This document shows positions 43,641 through 47,829 of a stretch of DNA of 47,829 nt, piece by piece. Source of the DNA: Candidatus Zixiibacteriota bacterium (GTDB taxonomy: Bacteria; Zixibacteria; MSB-5A5; UBA10806; 4484-95). The DNA lies in contig JAOZPT010000014.1 of the NCBI GenBank assembly GCA_029932605.1, forward strand, positions 1-47,829, written 5' to 3'. The notes under the pieces were generated by a model. That model was not told the DNA's origin. It worked only from the letters and a program-made list of their open reading frames with translations, and searched no databases. The position numbers were made by a program, and so were the translations under genes. Each line of letters begins with the position of its first letter. Position 1 is the stretch's first letter.

Positions 43641-45647
43641 TTAACAATCGCCCCGAATTGGGGGTGGTCCTAAACCTTTTAGATATCTTACAAGATATGT
43701 GACATCTTGTCCATTAACAAAACAATCACCATTACAATCACCTCTTAAGAGCGGGTCTGGAGGATCTCCTATCCCTTTTAAGTATCTAACCAGATATGTC
43801 ACATCAGCGCCATTTACACTGCCATCAGCATTGCAATCCCCGGGAGAGAAATCCTGGAAAAATAGGAGCATAACCGAAATCCTGTCAGCCAAATAAGTGA
43901 CATCGTTATAAATGGTGATACCTGTAGCCGAACCGGGAGTATCGTAGCTTGCCGAACGCGTTGGGTCATCCTTGTTTAAAACATTGACCACAGTGTAACC
44001 TCCAAATCCATGGGCTAAATGAACAAAATTGGATGAATAAAAAATGTCCTTTATATTGCCATCAACTTCGAAAGAAGATTCGAACGTGATGTTGGCTGGG
44101 TCGGTTACATTCAGAATTACAAGGTCTAAACCATTAACAGCGATATATGCATAATCGCCATCTGCAGTGACACAGGTAATGTCACCTGTTGAAGTATAGT
44201 TTCCAAGATATGAGGGATTTGAAGGGTCTGCAATGGAATAGATGTGCAGTCCATCGATACCGGAGGCTACATAAAGACGATCACCGTCAATAAATACATC
44301 CTCGGCGTAACCGGCTGGTGTCAATTCACCCGTGTAAATAAGGTTATTCGGGTTGGTGATATTTATTATCTGCACAGATGTATGGTCAGCTATGAAACAA
44401 TAACTACTACTTATGGCTAAAGATAAAGCAAAACCAGGGGTATCGAAGCCATCGGCATAAGTTGGTGTTTCTGGAGAACTGACATTGATGGTCACCAACC
44501 CATTCTGTCTATCGGCGATATACACGTAATCGCCATTTTTAACGATATCCTGTGCTTGACCAGGCGTAATATACTGCGAAACGAATACAGGATTTTCAAC
44601 ATCGGTAATATCAAGAATCTGAAGCCCTGCATCCCAACTGGCGGTATAGGCGTAATAGTCTTCGGCGATGGTTTTATAGTTGTAACTTGTCACAAACTCA
44701 GCTGTTAAACCTGGAGAGGTTGGGTCGTTGATATTAATGATGTCTACCCCTGTTGGTCCATCGGCAACGAAAGCATAATTTGGTGTTACAAAAACAGAAT
44801 TGGCTGAACCATTGGTGGGCAGGTTACCCATGTAAAATGGTGAACCAGGATTAGCGATGTTGACTATTTCCAGACCCGATAGGAGATCCGATAAATATGC
44901 GTAATTATCCTGGAGAGCAATGCGTGTTGTAAACAGTGTAGGGTAGTGGGATATAAAACTTGGGTTAACAGGGTTGTTAACATTAACTAAAACCATACCA
45001 TTATTAGTATCCGAAACATATGCAGTGGTTCCAGATATAACCACCGCTACTGCCCAACCATCGGTTTTATATGAGCCTGTCGGAGTGGGAGATTCCGGAT
45101 TTGAGATGTTTATAATAAGAAGAGAGTCACCATCGGCGACATAGGCATAGTTGCCGACAACATCAACTCCCCATGCTTCTGCCGGTGTATCATAGGTCGA
45201 TACCCATCCTGGAAGCTCTGGATTAGAAAGATCGATAATCGTCAGGCCGGCCTCCAAATCGGCAACGTAAAGGTAGGTTCCATACATTTCGACATCGACC
45301 GCTGTGCCGATAGTTGGCCGATGGCCTACAACCTGGGGATTGGTTGGATATGTGATATCGATTACCTGGATACCTTGACTATGGTTAGCGACTATAGCAT
45401 AATTATTATAGATGTCTAGGTTGCTGCAAGGTGATATGAAGGGAATTTGAGCAATTAACTGAGGGTCACTTAGATTACTGATATCCAGGACAGCGAATCC
45501 GTTGTAAAATGTAACATATGCGTAATCTCCTGAGACCTCGACATCTTTGGCCTCGGTCCAGAGTGCCGATGAGAAAAAATCAACATTTTGTCCCTGGGCA
45601 ATTGAGGCCATAAATAATATCAGTGTTATAACTATTATCCGTCTCAT
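43641..45647 (-). CDS. Secreted LVIVD-repeat beta-propeller protein with C-terminal dockerin-like domain
   Basis: Signal peptide; about 14 repeats of ~42 aa (YAYVAD...GL.I.DISNP..P); duplicated GDCNADGSVNGADVTYLVRYL / GDCNGDCFVNGQDVTYLVRYL. Confidence 0.85.
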   Translation of the reverse strand: MRRIIVITLILFMASIAQGQNVDFFSSALWTEAKDVEVSGDYAYVTFYNGFAVLDISNLSDPQLIAQIPFISPCSNLDIYNNYAIVANHSQGIQVIDITYPTNPQVVGHRPTIGTAVDVEMYGTYLYVADLEAGLTIIDLSNPELPGWVSTYDTPAEAWGVDVVGNYAYVADGDSLLIINISNPESPTPTGSYKTDGWAVAVVISGTTAYVSDTNNGMVLVNVNNPVNPSFISHYPTLFTTRIALQDNYAYLSDLLSGLEIVNIANPGSPFYMGNLPTNGSANSVFVTPNYAFVADGPTGVDIININDPTSPGLTAEFVTSYNYKTIAEDYYAYTASWDAGLQILDITDVENPVFVSQYITPGQAQDIVKNGDYVYIADRQNGLVTINVSSPETPTYADGFDTPGFALSLAISSSYCFIADHTSVQIINITNPNNLIYTGELTPAGYAEDVFIDGDRLYVASGIDGLHIYSIADPSNPSYLGNYTSTGDITCVTADGDYAYIAVNGLDLVILNVTDPANITFESSFEVDGNIKDIFYSSNFVHLAHGFGGYTVVNVLNKDDPTRSASYDTPGSATGITIYNDVTYLADRISVMLLFFQDFSPGDCNADGSVNGADVTYLVRYLKGIGDPPDPLLRGDCNGDCFVNGQDVTYLVRYLKGLGPPPIRGDC
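43644..43841 (-). repeat. Dockerin-like tandem Ca-loop/helix duplication
   Basis: Two GDxNxDxxVNGxDVTYLVRYLKG units. Confidence 0.8.
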
Positions 45648-45850
45648 AACATTCTTTCCCGCTTAATCGTTAACATTTACTTTATATTAAAGTTGTGTTT
45701 AAACTAGTTCTTTATCACCTGAAATAAAAATAAAACCATTAGCATTCACAACCCATTGAAGAAAAGTCAACCGTCAATGGTCACCATCACAAATTATTAC
45801 TAAAGATATCCAATAATGATAATTTTTGCAAGAACAATTTAAAAAAAAAG

Positions 45851-47455
45851 TCAACAATCTCCATAAAACGGTGGTGCTCCAAATCCCTTAAAATATATAA
45901 CTAAATATGTAACATCGGCACCATTAACCAAACAATCACCGTTAGCGTCTCCGGCGAGATATGGCTGAGGAGCCTGAACATTTCCCTTAAAATAACTGAC
46001 CAGATAGGTCACATCAGAACCAGATACCTGGCCTGAACCATTAGCATCACCAGCAATAAACGATTCATAGATATTGGTATTGGTGAAAATATAACTTTCT
46101 CTGTCCCAGTTGGATACTGCCATATCCTTGTGTGGTGAATTACTGTAATATATAATCACCTGCTGGGAAGGTGTGTCTTTTAAGGATACCCAGCCGGCTA
46201 CAAGGTGATAACAGTAATCGGATAGCTCAAGATGTTGGCCGTCGACAATGACAGAATCGATACTCTGAAGCTGACGATCGCTAAGGTAAAACAGATGGCG
46301 ACCATTCTCTACATTGAAGGTGATATGAGTGTTTATTTCAGCGGCCCTATCAACATCGCAAAATGTGATATTTTCAATCACCGATTGATAGGAAGCCCCG
46401 GAAATCCAGTCGGGATTAATATTGAAGTTTCCTGAACTATTGAGATAAATGTTAATACGTCCCCACCAGCGGCCGGTTATGAAATCATAATCTCCGTCAT
46501 TGTCTACATCAGAAAAAACCGCTTCCGAACCGTAACCGATTGTGGATGACTGCCAATCAGCGCTTGAATGAAGAGTATCACCATTTGAAAAGTATATTTT
46601 AAAAAGCCCTGAACCGTCAAGTTGGGTGTTATAAGCCACACCCATATCGAAATAGCCATCACCGTTAAGGTCGGCAAAATCGAAGGAATTACCGTTGTCT
46701 ATGTCATCCGATTGCCAGCCAGGTACAGTGCCTATAGAATCACCGTAATTGTAATAGATTTTCACCGGTCCGGCAACGCTTGAAAAGGCTAAGTCGAGGT
46801 CGTAATCGTTATCGATATCAACCCAGAAAACATCGTAACTTGCGTCGGAAACTGCCGAGATCCAACCGGGTGTCGTCTCCAGGGTGCCCCCTTCGTTGAA
46901 ATAAATTAAATTTGGATAAAAGTGGCCATGGTAAGGTTCACCGGTGGCAACTGCCAAATCGAGGTCGCCGTCACCATCGGCATCACCAAAAGCGGCCCGG
47001 AAAGAGTAAATCGAGTCAGCAGTCTGCCATGAAGGGAAAGTATCTAAAACGCCGTTGTTGTTAGCGTAAATCTGCACTACGGCCGGTTGCCAACTATCTG
47101 AGATGTAATTAGCAACCATCAGCTCCGGGTAGCCATCGCCATTGATATCACCGAACTGGCAATGTCCGGAGTAATTCGAATCGGCAGAGACCCAGGTAGC
47201 GATATTGGGCATAAATCCATTTTCATTGATATAAACAAAGTTATGGGCCATGGTAATATCATTACCGTTTGAGACAGCTAAGTCAAGATAACCATCACCG
47301 TTGACATCACCAAAGTCACAGCCGGTACCATTATCGGAATCCTCGCTAGATTGCCAGTCGGGATAGGTATTGTAAGGTACCTGGGCTAAAACTGGATTGA
47401 AGGACAAAATTATAATAGCCAGAGTGAAAAAGCTGATTTTATTAATAATTTTCAA
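45851..47455 (-). CDS. Secreted FG-GAP/VCBS-repeat beta-propeller protein with C-terminal dockerin-like domain
   Basis: Signal peptide; 7 repeats of type GDVNGDGYLDLAV; duplicated GDANGSGQVSGSDVTYLVSYF / GDANGDCLVNGADVTYLVIYF; TTG start. Confidence 0.85.
   Translation of the reverse strand: MKIINKISFFTLAIIILSFNPVLAQVPYNTYPDWQSSEDSDNGTGCDFGDVNGDGYLDLAVSNGNDITMAHNFVYINENGFMPNIATWVSADSNYSGHCQFGDINGDGYPELMVANYISDSWQPAVVQIYANNNGVLDTFPSWQTADSIYSFRAAFGDADGDGDLDLAVATGEPYHGHFYPNLIYFNEGGTLETTPGWISAVSDASYDVFWVDIDNDYDLDLAFSSVAGPVKIYYNYGDSIGTVPGWQSDDIDNGNSFDFADLNGDGYFDMGVAYNTQLDGSGLFKIYFSNGDTLHSSADWQSSTIGYGSEAVFSDVDNDGDYDFITGRWWGRINIYLNSSGNFNINPDWISGASYQSVIENITFCDVDRAAEINTHITFNVENGRHLFYLSDRQLQSIDSVIVDGQHLELSDYCYHLVAGWVSLKDTPSQQVIIYYSNSPHKDMAVSNWDRESYIFTNTNIYESFIAGDANGSGQVSGSDVTYLVSYFKGNVQAPQPYLAGDANGDCLVNGADVTYLVIYFKGFGAPPFYGDC
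45854..46051 (-). repeat. Dockerin-like tandem Ca-loop/helix duplication
   Basis: Two GDANGxxxVxGxDVTYLVxYFKG units. Confidence 0.8.
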
Positions 47456-47669
47456 ATTACTTCAACCCGAAAAGAAGGTTAGTTAAATCCTTTAACTACA
47501 ATATAAATATTTTCTCAAAATTTGCAATAGTGATTTTGCAGCATTTTTGCGAGGATTGACTTAAGTAACAAATTTATAAGTAACTTATGGAAATACATTG
47601 TTTTTTTATATTTGATATGTTGATTTTGGCAAAAGATACATTATATTCTTTGTAAGAATTAGAGGTTTT

Positions 47670-47829
47670 ATGAAAACCCTGATATTGATAATATTATTAC
47701 CAGTGATATCCTTTGCCCAATACGCCATAAATGTGCCTGAGGGTTATGAGATAGTCTCACAGACAGAGGATAGAATAGAAGTAAAGGATTTATACACCGG
47801 TTGGATTACTCCATATTACACAGCCAACT
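47670..47829 (+). CDS. Partial secreted hypothetical protein, runs off the window end
   Basis: GAGG SD then MKTLILIILLPVISFAQYAINVPEGYEIVSQTEDRIEVKD..., open to the end; signal-peptide-like N-terminus. Confidence 0.6.
   Translation, partial: MKTLILIILLPVISFAQYAINVPEGYEIVSQTEDRIEVKDLYTGWITPYYTAN

Noticed and set aside
43644..43746. RGD tripeptides in the LVIVD protein tail next to an integrin-like FG-GAP protein
   Set aside because: GD is the start of the dockerin Ca-loop motif and the preceding Arg is not conserved in the other dockerin (AGD, YGD); likely coincidence
85..46435. Numerous antisense and alternate-frame ORFs in the track (e.g. 85-537, 2899-3453, 5159-5653, 15604-16092, 28262-28741, 31342-31803, 43236-43526)
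   Set aside because: They overlap well-conserved genes, have no recognisable motifs, and are expected shadows of codon bias
43850..47400. Periodic sequence as a CRISPR array or DNA tandem repeat
   Set aside because: Periodicity is at protein level (LVIVD and FG-GAP blades) with degenerate DNA; no identical repeats with spacers and no cas genes

Overview
Bacterial chromosomal window. About 32 kb (1-32320) is one uninterrupted + strand transcription/translation supercluster: tRNA-Thr, tuf, rpmG, tRNA-Trp, secE, nusG, rplKAJL, rpoBC, rpsLG, fusA, a second tuf, and the S10, spc and alpha operons through rplQ. It is followed by a nucleoside catabolism operon (deoB-cdd-deoC-pdp), a class A PBP on the - strand, tyrS, prfB with the programmed +1 frameshift, and a four-gene operon (Zn-ribbon/YIP1, DUF2752-like, NDT/Rcl-like glycosidase, FmdB-type Zn ribbon). 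The right end has three co-oriented - strand genes for secreted proteins: an FG-GAP propeller plus dockerin-like domain, an LVIVD propeller plus dockerin-like domain, and a small cohesin-like protein carrying an inserted copy of the adenylate-kinase LID zinc finger. The dockerin style and RNAP insertions suggest an FCB-related lineage such as Zixibacteria (inference only). Best leads: (1) the Adk-LID zinc finger inside a secreted cohesin-like protein in a non-cellulolytic cohesin/dockerin cluster; (2) two near-identical tuf copies that avoid AAA/GAA/CAA codons; (3) structured intergenic RNAs before rplL and fusA. No CRISPR array, rRNA or mobile element was seen. All family calls come from reading motifs by eye; no database search was run.
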